Made by a program: the position numbers and the translations under genes. Of a DNA stretch of 64,000 nt, positions 14,635-23,183 are shown piece by piece. Numbering within the stretch: position 1 is the first letter of the stretch; the number at the start of each line of letters is the position of its first letter. The notes below the pieces were generated by a model. That model did not search any database. It was not told the DNA's origin and was given only the letters and a program-made list of their open reading frames with translations. This stretch comes from Candidatus Multivorans sp. (GTDB taxonomy: Bacteria > Acidobacteriota > Thermoanaerobaculia > Multivoradales > Multivoraceae): positions 3,680,001 through 3,744,000 of the forward strand of contig OZ251997.1 of assembly GCA_965247095.1 (NCBI GenBank), given 5' to 3'.

Positions 14635-15700
14635 AGCGATCGAGAACAGGGTCCGCGAGTGCCTCCGGACGATCACCTTCCCGGGCATGAAGCGCGACAT
14701 CGTCTCATTCGGTTTCGTGCAACGGGTCGGTGTGAGCGGTGGCGACGTGGTGGTCGATCTGCGTGTGCCGACCCGCGACGCCGGCGCCGCCAGGGAAATC
14801 CGGCGCCGCATCGTCGATGCCGTGGGCTCGCTCGACGGCGTATCGAACGTGCAGGTTTCGCTGGAGGTGGCGACAGCTCCCGCTCCGGCGACGGCGCGCG
14901 ACCCGTCCCTCCTGCCGGGAGTCTCCCATGTCGTGGCGGTGGCGAGCGGGAAGGGCGGTGTCGGCAAGTCGACCGTGGCGACGAACCTGAGCGTGGCGAT
15001 GGCGGCCGCCGGGCTGCGGGTCGGGTTGCTCGACGCGGACATCTACGGCCCCTCGATCCCGCTGATGTTTGGCATCAATCGCCGGCCCGAGATCGTGGAC
15101 GGCAAGATCCAGCCCTTCGAGCGCTACGGCGTGCGCATCATGTCGCTCGGCTTCCTCCTCGATCCGGATACGCCGGTGATCTGGCGGGGACCGATGGTGA
15201 TGAAGGCGCTCGGCCAACTGCTGGGCGACGTGGACTGGGGCGAACTCGACTACCTGCTGCTCGACCTGCCTCCCGGCACCGGGGATGCGGCGCTCACCCT
15301 CTCGCAGAAGTTGCCCCTGTCCGGCGCCCTGATCGTCTCGACACCCCAGGACGTGGCCCTGATCGACGCGCGCAAGGGGCTTGCCATGTTCCGCAAGGTC
15401 GAGGTTCCGGTGCTGGGCATGGTCGAGAACATGTCCACCTTCGTCTGCCCCCACTGCGGCGAGACGACGGACATCTTCAAGCGGGGAGGCGTTACGCGCA
15501 CCGCGGAGCTGCTCGACTGCGAAGTCCTGGGGACGATTCCGCTGGACGGCGCGCTGGTGCGGGGCAGCGACGCCGGTGTGCCGATCGTCGTCTCGGCGCC
15601 CGACGGGGCGCAGGCCGGCATCTTCCAGGACATCGCCGGGGCGGTTAAGCGCCGGCTGATGGAACTGGCCTCCTCTCGACCGACGTTGACGATCGTCTAG
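14627..15700 (+). CDS. mrp: Mrp/ApbC/NBP35 Fe-S carrier ATPase
   Basis: ASGKGGVGKST, DADIYGPS, WRGPM, DLPPGTGD, ENMS..CPHC. Confidence 0.95.
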   Translation: MAEAIENRVRECLRTITFPGMKRDIVSFGFVQRVGVSGGDVVVDLRVPTRDAGAAREIRRRIVDAVGSLDGVSNVQVSLEVATAPAPATARDPSLLPGVSHVVAVASGKGGVGKSTVATNLSVAMAAAGLRVGLLDADIYGPSIPLMFGINRRPEIVDGKIQPFERYGVRIMSLGFLLDPDTPVIWRGPMVMKALGQLLGDVDWGELDYLLLDLPPGTGDAALTLSQKLPLSGALIVSTPQDVALIDARKGLAMFRKVEVPVLGMVENMSTFVCPHCGETTDIFKRGGVTRTAELLDCEVLGTIPLDGALVRGSDAGVPIVVSAPDGAQAGIFQDIAGAVKRRLMELASSRPTLTIV

Positions 15701-15710
15701 AGGTGATCGA

Positions 15711-16388
15711 ATGTCTGTCGTTGTGGTCGCGGATGCTCACCTGGGCGGCCCCGGGGGGAGCGGCGAGGAGCTGGCTGATCAGCTCCGGGCGCTCGAGCCC
15801 GCGCACTGTGCGCGGGTGTTGTTTCTCGGCGACCTGTTCCATCTCTGGATCGGTTCGCGTCGGTTCGAGACCCCGGAGGTGAGGCTGCTTGCGCCCGTGA
15901 TCCGGGATCTGAGGCGGCGCGGAATCCGGGTTTCCTACGTGGAGGGGAACCGGGACTTCTTCCTCGCCGGCGGCGGGTACGACGATCTCTTCGACGACTA
16001 CGGCCTCGAAGCCCGCTTCGAGGCGGGCGGAGCGAGATACCTCGCCGTTCACGGCGACGGGTTGAATCGGCGCGACTGGCGCTACCGCTGCTGGCGCAGG
16101 CTGTCGAAGAACCCGGTCAGCCGGTGGTTGGCTTTCCGACTGCCGTCCGGGCTCAGCCGCCGGCTCGTGACTTCGACAGAGCGGGGACTTTCGGGAACCA
16201 ACCTGGAGCACAAGAAACGGATCCCGGAGGGAGTCATCCGGCGCTACGCCGCCCGCCGTCTCGCTGAGGGCCACGACGTGCTCCTGCTCGGGCACTTCCA
16301 CGCCGCGCGGAGGTGGCTTCTCGCCGACGGCGAGGTGCGGATCGCAAATGCCTGGTTCGACGACAGGGAGTTGCTGTGGCTGGGTTGA
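15711..16388 (+). CDS. lpxH: UDP-2,3-diacylglucosamine pyrophosphatase
   Basis: DAHL, GDLF, GNRD, HGD, GHFH motifs (GNRD is typical of LpxH). Confidence 0.85.
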   Translation: MSVVVVADAHLGGPGGSGEELADQLRALEPAHCARVLFLGDLFHLWIGSRRFETPEVRLLAPVIRDLRRRGIRVSYVEGNRDFFLAGGGYDDLFDDYGLEARFEAGGARYLAVHGDGLNRRDWRYRCWRRLSKNPVSRWLAFRLPSGLSRRLVTSTERGLSGTNLEHKKRIPEGVIRRYAARRLAEGHDVLLLGHFHAARRWLLADGEVRIANAWFDDRELLWLG

Positions 16389-17701
16389 GTGAGTCCCTGG
16401 CGGACCCCTATCCGGTTCGGCGCGCCGACCGTGTGGGGGGAGTCGTCGAGCCTCCGGGTTCGAAGAGCATTTCGCATCGGGCACTGAACCTGGCGTTGAT
16501 CGGGCAGCGGCCCGCGACGATCGAGAACCTGCTCGAAGCCGAGGACATCGCCGCCTTCTCGGGCGCCCTCGAGCGCATGGGCTGGCGGCTCAGGCGCGTC
16601 TCGGGCACCGAAGTGCGGGTGGAACCGCCGCCAGGCGGCCCACCCGATTCGCCAGTGCGGCTGGACTGCAAGAGAGCGGGTACGCTGCTGCGGTTCCTCG
16701 TCGCGAGCTGCGCGGTGACGCCGGGCGAGTGGATTCTCGACGGGTCGCCGCGGCTGCGTGAACGACCGGTCGGACCGCTGCTCGCCGCTCTTCGCCAACT
16801 CGGCGCGAGCATCGACGAACTCGGCCGGCCCGGCTGCGCGCCGATCAGGATCCATGGCGGCACTCTGGCCGGCGGGCGGGTCGAGATCGATGCTGGGGAG
16901 TCGAGTCAGTACGTGTCCGCGCTGCTCATGGCGGGACTGCGGGCGGAGAGGCCAATCCAACTTCTGGCGCCGTTTCTCGTCTCTAGTCCATATGTGGACA
17001 CAACTCTTCAAGTCATGGCTGATTTCGGTTCTTTCGTAGGGTCCGGCGGCGCCGGCGGGGCGTGCGAATTCCGGATTGAACCTCACCGGCCGGAGGCGTC
17101 GGGCGGCCGCTACCGCGTCGCCGGCGACGACTCCGCGGCTGCCTACCCCGCGGCAGCGGCGGCGCTGTGCGGCGGCCGGGTGCGGCTGCGTGGTCTGGCG
17201 CCGACATCGACCCAGGGCGACCGCGCGTTCCTGGGGCTCCTCGAGCAGATGGGAGCGGTGGTGCGGGTGGCGCGAGGGGAGGTCGAGATCGAGGGCAACG
17301 GCGTCCTGACCGCACTCGACTGCGACCTCTCCGAGATGCCCGACCAGGTACCCACGCTTGCCGCGGTGGCCGCCTTTGCCGACGGCGTGACAGCCATTCG
17401 CAATGTGGCCCACCTGCGGATCAAGGAGAGCGACCGCCTGGCGGCGATCGGAACCGAGTTGCGGCGGGCGGGCGGCTCGGTCGAGGAGCTGCCGGACGGT
17501 CTGCGCATCGAGGGGAATCCCGGTCTGACCGCGGCGCCGGGTTCGCCGCGCGTCTCGATCGATACCTATGACGACCACCGCATCGCGATGAGCATGGCGC
17601 TGGTGGGTCTTCGGCGGGGAGGGCTGTCGATTCGCCGCCCGGCGGTGGTTGCCAAGTCCTACCCCGGCTTCTGGGGCGACCTTGAGGGGATTGCACGATG
17701 A
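16385..17701 (+). CDS. aroA: 3-phosphoshikimate 1-carboxyvinyltransferase
   Basis: PGSKSISHR, AGTLLRF, ESSQYVS, LRIKESDRL, DDHRIAM, KSYPGF; TTG start overlaps lpxH stop. Confidence 0.95.
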   Translation: MSESLADPYPVRRADRVGGVVEPPGSKSISHRALNLALIGQRPATIENLLEAEDIAAFSGALERMGWRLRRVSGTEVRVEPPPGGPPDSPVRLDCKRAGTLLRFLVASCAVTPGEWILDGSPRLRERPVGPLLAALRQLGASIDELGRPGCAPIRIHGGTLAGGRVEIDAGESSQYVSALLMAGLRAERPIQLLAPFLVSSPYVDTTLQVMADFGSFVGSGGAGGACEFRIEPHRPEASGGRYRVAGDDSAAAYPAAAAALCGGRVRLRGLAPTSTQGDRAFLGLLEQMGAVVRVARGEVEIEGNGVLTALDCDLSEMPDQVPTLAAVAAFADGVTAIRNVAHLRIKESDRLAAIGTELRRAGGSVEELPDGLRIEGNPGLTAAPGSPRVSIDTYDDHRIAMSMALVGLRRGGLSIRRPAVVAKSYPGFWGDLEGIAR

Positions 17702-20700
17702 CTACGGTGCTGCGTATCCGTCACCAGGCGCTGGAGGCCGTTCCCGAAGATGCCGGTGCCGCGGGTCTTCCCGAGAGCAGCCTGAACGATCGGCAACGGG
17801 CCGGTGTGCTGCTTCAGGGCGCCGCGTTGCTGGCCCATCTGCGAACCGCCGGCTGGCGGTTGCAGTCGTGGACAGGACTTGTCGTCGATTCGCTGGGCGT
17901 GCTCCGGATCGAGCCGGGCATGGTGACGGTGGGGCGAGACGGACGGTCCCCCCAAGCCGTATTGAGACGGTTTGCCTCGTTGTTGTTCGGGGGTGAGGAG
18001 ATGGTCGGCCGGAGCGCCGTACGGGCGGCGCTTCGCCCTGTGGTCGCGAGTTGGAGCGACCTCCTTCTGCCCTTCCCGGCGGACCGACTGATCGCGGACA
18101 TTCTGGATCACGCCCCCTTTTTGTGGGGAGGCGAGTACCGGGCCGCGAGGGTGTCTCTGTTTGCCGTGCACGAACGCGAAGAAGGCGAAGAGGTGGTGGT
18201 CGTTGGTCATTCCCGGTGGCGGCGCTCGCTGCTGCGGGCCGCCGGCACCGATCCGGAGCGCCTCTCGACCACGACGGAGCGCATCTCGACCATTCTCGGC
18301 AGCGACGAGGCTCTGGAGCACTGGCTTGGCGACAACGCTTCGGGTGGGCCGATCGACTGGATTGCCCGGGGAGATTGGCGACGTGCGGTGGACGAGTCCC
18401 TGCGAGAGCCGCCCACCGATCCGGGGGAGCGGAGCGCGGTGGCGCGGGCACTCCTCGCCAGTGGCCGGTTCGAGGCCGCCCTGGCGCTGATCGCGCCTTC
18501 CCGCCGAACCGAAGACATCCTGATCCGGCTCGAGGGTCTGGTGAGGATGGGCCGGATGGCGGCTGCGCGCCGCACTCTCACCGTGCTCGAGAAGCGCCGT
18601 CTCGGCGGTGCGGCGAAGCTCGCAGCGTGCGAGGAAGCGATCAGGATCCATGGGGCTGCGGGCCACTCGGCGAGGCTCAGAACCTGGGCGGAGCGGGCCC
18701 TCGAGGCCGCGGTCGGTCCGCTTGCCGGTCGGGGGCGTGCTCTCGCCTTCCTGGCGATGCGCGAGGTCGGCGCGACCGGCGAAACGGCTTCTCCGCTCGA
18801 CCCGGAGAAAGAACCCGAAGACTGGATGTCGTGCCTGGCCCGAGCCCGTCTCGCGGTGGACCGCGGCCTCTTCACAGAGGCCGATCAGGCCTTGGCGATG
18901 GCGCTGAGGCAGTTCCGGAGACACCTGCCGATCTACGACCGCGCCAGCCTCTGGAACGAGTTGGCGACGCTTCGACTCTCAGTGGACGACTGCACTGGCG
19001 CCGAGCGGGCGGCACGCGTCTCCGTCCGGCTCTTCCGGTGTTGCGATGGACCCGCTGGAAGGACTGGGGCGCATGGCAATCTCGCGGGGGCTCGGATTCG
19101 TACCGGCCGCCTGACCGGCATCCGCAAGACGATCGACAACCTGCGCTGCGAGAGCCTGATGGCCGGGAGCGTCGCCGGGATCGTGGAAGCGCGGCAACTC
19201 GAAGCGCGTCTGGACCTGGCGCAGGGTCGTTGGAGCTCGGCCCTGGAATCCTGCAGGTCAGCCCTGGACGAGTTGCGGAAACGGCAGTTGGGAGGGGGCC
19301 GGCTGCGGGCCCTTCGCCTGCTGGCGGCCCGCGCCCTGGTTCACCTCGGTCGCCGCGAGGAGGCGAGAGAGGAGCTCTTGGCAGTGCTCCCGCTGACGGC
19401 CGCAGACCGCCTGGGCGGCGCACGGGCTGGAAGCGACGTTCTGCCCGCTGTCTTTCTTCTTGCCGGGCTTGGGGAGGAGGCGCGCGTCGTTGGGGCGGGC
19501 GCCGCCTGTGCCGGGCTGTGGGAGGCGGTCAGCGAGAACCGGGCCCCGAGCAGCGCGGATTGGCGGCGGCTCGAAGAGCAGGGGGCCTACCGCTCGGCAC
19601 TGACGATCCACGATCTGGTCTGTCTTGGGGTCGAGGAAGTGCCGTCCAGGTTGCTCGAATCGGCAGTGGGAACCCTGTCCGAAGTAGGCGCCGAGGCGCT
19701 CGCGCAGCGCGTGGACGCCGCCCGGCTGGGCCCTTGGAGAGCTCTTCGCGCCTTCCTGGACGGGGAAGAGTTCGACTCGGTCACGTTTCATTCGTTGCTG
19801 TCGTCCGCCGGTCATCCCGAGGCACGCATCATGGTCCACGAGTCTCTCGACGTGGGAGGGCAGGACGAACCCAAGGAAGTCCTGTTGGAGGGACCCGGCG
19901 GCTCTGAGCAGTTCTCGGTCCGCGTGCCCGCTGGCAGCCTGGTACTCAGTGCGGACCGTATCGAGGAGCCGGCAAGGGCCCTGTTGACCGTGATCGCGGG
20001 TCGAGCGTCTGCGGCATTCGGTCGTCGCCGCTACGATCTGGAGTTGGCCGAGGCGAGAAAGTCGACCTTGGCCGGCATGGTGGGTCGGAGCAAGGCGCTG
20101 GTGGCGGCCCAGAAGCGCGTCGAGAAACTGGCATCGCACGATCTGCCGGTGTTGATTCTGGGTGAGTCGGGTACGGGCAAGGAACTGCTGGCGCGGCAGC
20201 TTCACGATTCGAGCGCACGCGCGTCGGGGCCCTGGCTGGCGGTGAACTGCGCTGCTCTTCCTGAGGGGCTCCTCGTGTCCGATCTGTTCGGTCATAGTCA
20301 AGGTTCGTTCACCGGCGCCGACCGCGACCGGATAGGCCTGTTCGAGAGCGGTGATGGCGGTACGGTCTTTCTCGATGAGATTGCGGAACTGCCGTTGGTG
20401 GCCCAGGGAATGCTCCTGCGCATCCTGCAGGAAGGCGAGATGCGCCGGGTCGGTGAGAGCCGTTCGCGTCATCTGGACTTTCGTCTCGTTTCGGCAACCC
20501 ATCGCGATCTTTCGGCCATGGTCGAGGCCGGCCGGTTTAGAGAGGATCTCTATTACCGGCTTCGGGTGGCGAATGTCGAAGCGCCGGCACTCCGGGATCG
20601 CGATGACGACGTGATGTTGCTGGCGCACCACTTTCTCGGAATGTTCTCGGGTGACCGGGAAAGTCTGCGATTCAGCGGGCACGCCCGCAGAAGGATTCTG

Positions 20701-20994
20701 GAGTATCCGTGGCCCGGGAATATCAGAGAGCTTAGGAACGTGATCGAGAGCGCGGCGGCGCTCACGGAAAGCCCGGAGATTACGGTTGAGATGCTGGGAC
20801 TTCCGAATGAGCCGCGTCGTCCATCCCAGGCGGGGGTGGCCAGCTATCACCGGAAGCTCGAACAGTACCGGCGCGGTTTGATCCGCAAGGCGCTTGCGGA
20901 GGCCGGTGGGAATCAGGCGCGTGCAGCGCGCGCTCTCGGTCTGAGTCGACAGGCATTGTCCTACCTGGTGAGAAAACTGAACTACGCTCCCTGA
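17698..20994 (+). CDS. Large sigma-54 enhancer-binding protein: degenerate kinase-like N-terminus, TPR-like helices, AAA+ domain, Fis HTH
   Basis: GESGTGKE, VNCAAL, GSFTGA, FLDEI, FREDLYYRL, WPGNIREL, NQARAARALGLSR. Confidence 0.9.
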   Translation: MTTVLRIRHQALEAVPEDAGAAGLPESSLNDRQRAGVLLQGAALLAHLRTAGWRLQSWTGLVVDSLGVLRIEPGMVTVGRDGRSPQAVLRRFASLLFGGEEMVGRSAVRAALRPVVASWSDLLLPFPADRLIADILDHAPFLWGGEYRAARVSLFAVHEREEGEEVVVVGHSRWRRSLLRAAGTDPERLSTTTERISTILGSDEALEHWLGDNASGGPIDWIARGDWRRAVDESLREPPTDPGERSAVARALLASGRFEAALALIAPSRRTEDILIRLEGLVRMGRMAAARRTLTVLEKRRLGGAAKLAACEEAIRIHGAAGHSARLRTWAERALEAAVGPLAGRGRALAFLAMREVGATGETASPLDPEKEPEDWMSCLARARLAVDRGLFTEADQALAMALRQFRRHLPIYDRASLWNELATLRLSVDDCTGAERAARVSVRLFRCCDGPAGRTGAHGNLAGARIRTGRLTGIRKTIDNLRCESLMAGSVAGIVEARQLEARLDLAQGRWSSALESCRSALDELRKRQLGGGRLRALRLLAARALVHLGRREEAREELLAVLPLTAADRLGGARAGSDVLPAVFLLAGLGEEARVVGAGAACAGLWEAVSENRAPSSADWRRLEEQGAYRSALTIHDLVCLGVEEVPSRLLESAVGTLSEVGAEALAQRVDAARLGPWRALRAFLDGEEFDSVTFHSLLSSAGHPEARIMVHESLDVGGQDEPKEVLLEGPGGSEQFSVRVPAGSLVLSADRIEEPARALLTVIAGRASAAFGRRRYDLELAEARKSTLAGMVGRSKALVAAQKRVEKLASHDLPVLILGESGTGKELLARQLHDSSARASGPWLAVNCAALPEGLLVSDLFGHSQGSFTGADRDRIGLFESGDGGTVFLDEIAELPLVAQGMLLRILQEGEMRRVGESRSRHLDFRLVSATHRDLSAMVEAGRFREDLYYRLRVANVEAPALRDRDDDVMLLAHHFLGMFSGDRESLRFSGHARRRILEYPWPGNIRELRNVIESAAALTESPEITVEMLGLPNEPRRPSQAGVASYHRKLEQYRRGLIRKALAEAGGNQARAARALGLSRQALSYLVRKLNYAP

Positions 20995-21191
20995 TCTGAC
21001 CCTGTTTGCCTAGCTCGGTTCCCACGCCGATGCCTCTGCCTGCTCCCTTGGCGAGCTAGTCCGGACAGGGAATTGTGTATGCGACTCTGGGCCTTGCCGT
21101 GCTTTCTGCTATGGTCCCGACAGAGTTCTCCCGCCGTTCCCATAGAGGGGATAGGGGACACCGAACAAGGCTAACGAAGGGGAGTACCGCG

Positions 21192-22127
21192 GTGAGTGCA
21201 GCTGCTGCTGGAAGAAAGAACCTGTTGACATTGGGTGAGATCGCTCGCCGCACGAGAATCTCGATGGCCACGGCGCAGCGCTACAAGAAGCTGTACCCGG
21301 ATCGCATCCCGTCGGAGGGGGAGGGACGCAAGCAGCGGTACCCGGCCGTCGCCGTCAAGGTCTTCAACGCGTTGAAGAAGGAACGGGTCTCAAAGCGCCG
21401 GGGCGGCGGTCGCAAGCGGAGTCCCAAGAAGCCGGCGAAGGCTGCTGCTACCGGCGCGGCGCTTCTGACTCTTTCGAGTATCGGCGAGCAGACGGGCATC
21501 TCCTATCCGACCTTGCAGCGTTACGTAAAGCTGTTCGGCGATCGGATTCCACATGAGGGCGCCGGTCGCAAGCGTCGCTACCATCCGGACTCGGTCGCCG
21601 TCTTCCGGCAGCTTCGCGCGGAGAGCAAGCCGGGGCGGAAACCCAAGGCAGAGGCCGCCGCCAAGGCGGCCAAGGCCCCGGCAAGAAAGAAGCGGAAGGC
21701 GCGCGCCAAGGCCGCTCCTCGGAGTGCTCCTGGTCCGAAGCTGCTGACGTTGACCGCGATCGGCCAGCAGACGGGGATCTCCAGCCCGACCCTGCAGCGC
21801 TATGTGAAGTTGCACGGTGACCGGATTCCACACGAGGGCCAAGGCCGGAAGCGGCGGTACCACCCGGAAGCGGTGGCGGTCTTCCGTGAGATCCGGTCCA
21901 AGAGCAAACGGGGCCGGAAACCGAAGGCCAAGGTCGAGGTTGCTGCGCCCCAGAAGGCCGCTGTTCCGGCAAGGAAGCGGAAGGTGCGGGCCGCCAAGGT
22001 TCGACGGAAGGCCGCTCCCGTCGCGGCTCAGGGTGGCGTTGAGGCTCGTTTGGCTGCGCTTGAGGCCCAGGTGAGTCAGGTGCTGAAGAAGCTGGAGCAA
22101 CCGATCACGATCACGCTCAAGCGTTAA
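21192..22127 (+). CDS. Basic DNA-binding protein with three MerR-like HTH repeats, K/A/P-rich linkers and C-terminal coiled coil
   Basis: GTG after AAGGGGAG; 3x LLTL..I...T.IS..T.QRY.KL..DRIP.EG.GRK.RY; linkers with GRKPK. Confidence 0.85.
   Translation: MSAAAAGRKNLLTLGEIARRTRISMATAQRYKKLYPDRIPSEGEGRKQRYPAVAVKVFNALKKERVSKRRGGGRKRSPKKPAKAAATGAALLTLSSIGEQTGISYPTLQRYVKLFGDRIPHEGAGRKRRYHPDSVAVFRQLRAESKPGRKPKAEAAAKAAKAPARKKRKARAKAAPRSAPGPKLLTLTAIGQQTGISSPTLQRYVKLHGDRIPHEGQGRKRRYHPEAVAVFREIRSKSKRGRKPKAKVEVAAPQKAAVPARKRKVRAAKVRRKAAPVAAQGGVEARLAALEAQVSQVLKKLEQPITITLKR
21222..21925 (+). repeat. Three intragenic direct repeats of about 55-60 codons (starting 21222, 21462, 21741)
   Basis: Repeats 2 and 3 are visibly similar at DNA level (cagacgggcatctcc/cagacggggatctcc, cggattccacatgagggc/cggattccacacgagggc). 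Confidence 0.85.
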
Positions 22128-22193
22128 GCCATGAAGCGCCCGCACCGGGCTCAAGTGGCGCCATGTGATCTCTAGTCGGCGCCCGTGCCGACC

Positions 22194-23183
22194 TCAGGCC
22201 AGATGATCCCAGCCCTCCGCGGATAGGGGTTCGAGGATTCCGTCGCTTCGCAACAGGCTCATGCCTGGTTGGCTGGTGACGCGGCCGATTCGTCGGCATC
22301 CGGGATGGTTGAAGTGCGCCTTGGGTGGCAGCGTGAACAGGAGTACGTAGTCCTCGCCGCCGCCCAGGATCAGGTGGAGTGGATCGAGACCCAGGTAGCC
22401 GGCCAGACGGCGGGCGTCCGGGCGGAGGGCGATCGCCTCCTCGTGGAGTACGCAGCCGGCGCCGCTGGCGCGGCAGAGGCGCCCGGCGTCGACCGCCAGA
22501 CCGTCTGAGATGTCGATAGCCGCTCCCGGTGGGCGTCGCTTCCCGAGGATCAGTCCGAGTTCGAGCTGCGGTCGAGGTTCGAGGTGCCGGCGCACGACCC
22601 GGCTCGCGGCGCGTGCCAGGTCAGGTGGCAGTTCGTCGGGCAGCCTCGGTTTGCGCCCGACGATCCGGGCGCCCGACCGGACCAGATCAAGTCCCAGCGC
22701 GGACTCGCCGACCGCACCGCCGAGCCAGAGGTCGTCGCCCTGACGGGCGGCGCTGCGAGCCAGCGGAATGCTGCCTGCCGGTACTTCCCCGATCACGGTC
22801 AGGCCGGCGTCGAGGTGGCCTGGCGTCGAACAGCGGGCGGTATCGCCGCCGATCAGCTCGATTCCGTAGCGCCGGCTGCGATGAACCAGAGCGGCCAGGA
22901 AGCGTCGCGCGGTCTTCTCGTCGTCGACGCCGAGTGCCAAGAGGGCCCAGCGCGGTTCGGCGCCCGTGGCGGCGAGGTCGGAGAGGCTGACCGCAAGCAG
23001 CCGCCGCGCGGCGGCCGCCGGATCGAGATCGATTGGAATGTGGACGTTCGCACGCTGGGTATCGACGCTGAATGCGAGCTGCCGGCCGCCGAACTCGAGC
23101 AGGGCCGCGTCGTCGCCGATCCGATCTCCCGAGCCCGCGAGGTTCGCGAGCCAGGCGGTCAGCCGGTCTTCGCCGCCGGCCAT
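22194..23183 (-). CDS. thiL: Thiamine-monophosphate kinase
   Basis: IGDDAA, SLSDLAATGA, IGGDT, IDISDGL, GGEDY, GWDH. Confidence 0.93.
   Translation of the reverse strand: MAGGEDRLTAWLANLAGSGDRIGDDAALLEFGGRQLAFSVDTQRANVHIPIDLDPAAAARRLLAVSLSDLAATGAEPRWALLALGVDDEKTARRFLAALVHRSRRYGIELIGGDTARCSTPGHLDAGLTVIGEVPAGSIPLARSAARQGDDLWLGGAVGESALGLDLVRSGARIVGRKPRLPDELPPDLARAASRVVRRHLEPRPQLELGLILGKRRPPGAAIDISDGLAVDAGRLCRASGAGCVLHEEAIALRPDARRLAGYLGLDPLHLILGGGEDYVLLFTLPPKAHFNHPGCRRIGRVTSQPGMSLLRSDGILEPLSAEGWDHLA

Noticed and set aside
21088-21103. Sigma-54 -24/-12 promoter upstream of the triple-HTH gene (TGGGCCTTGCCGTGCT)
   Set aside because: GG-N10-GC spacing is right but the match to TGGCACG-N4-TTGC is poor; not distinguishable from chance in GC-rich DNA
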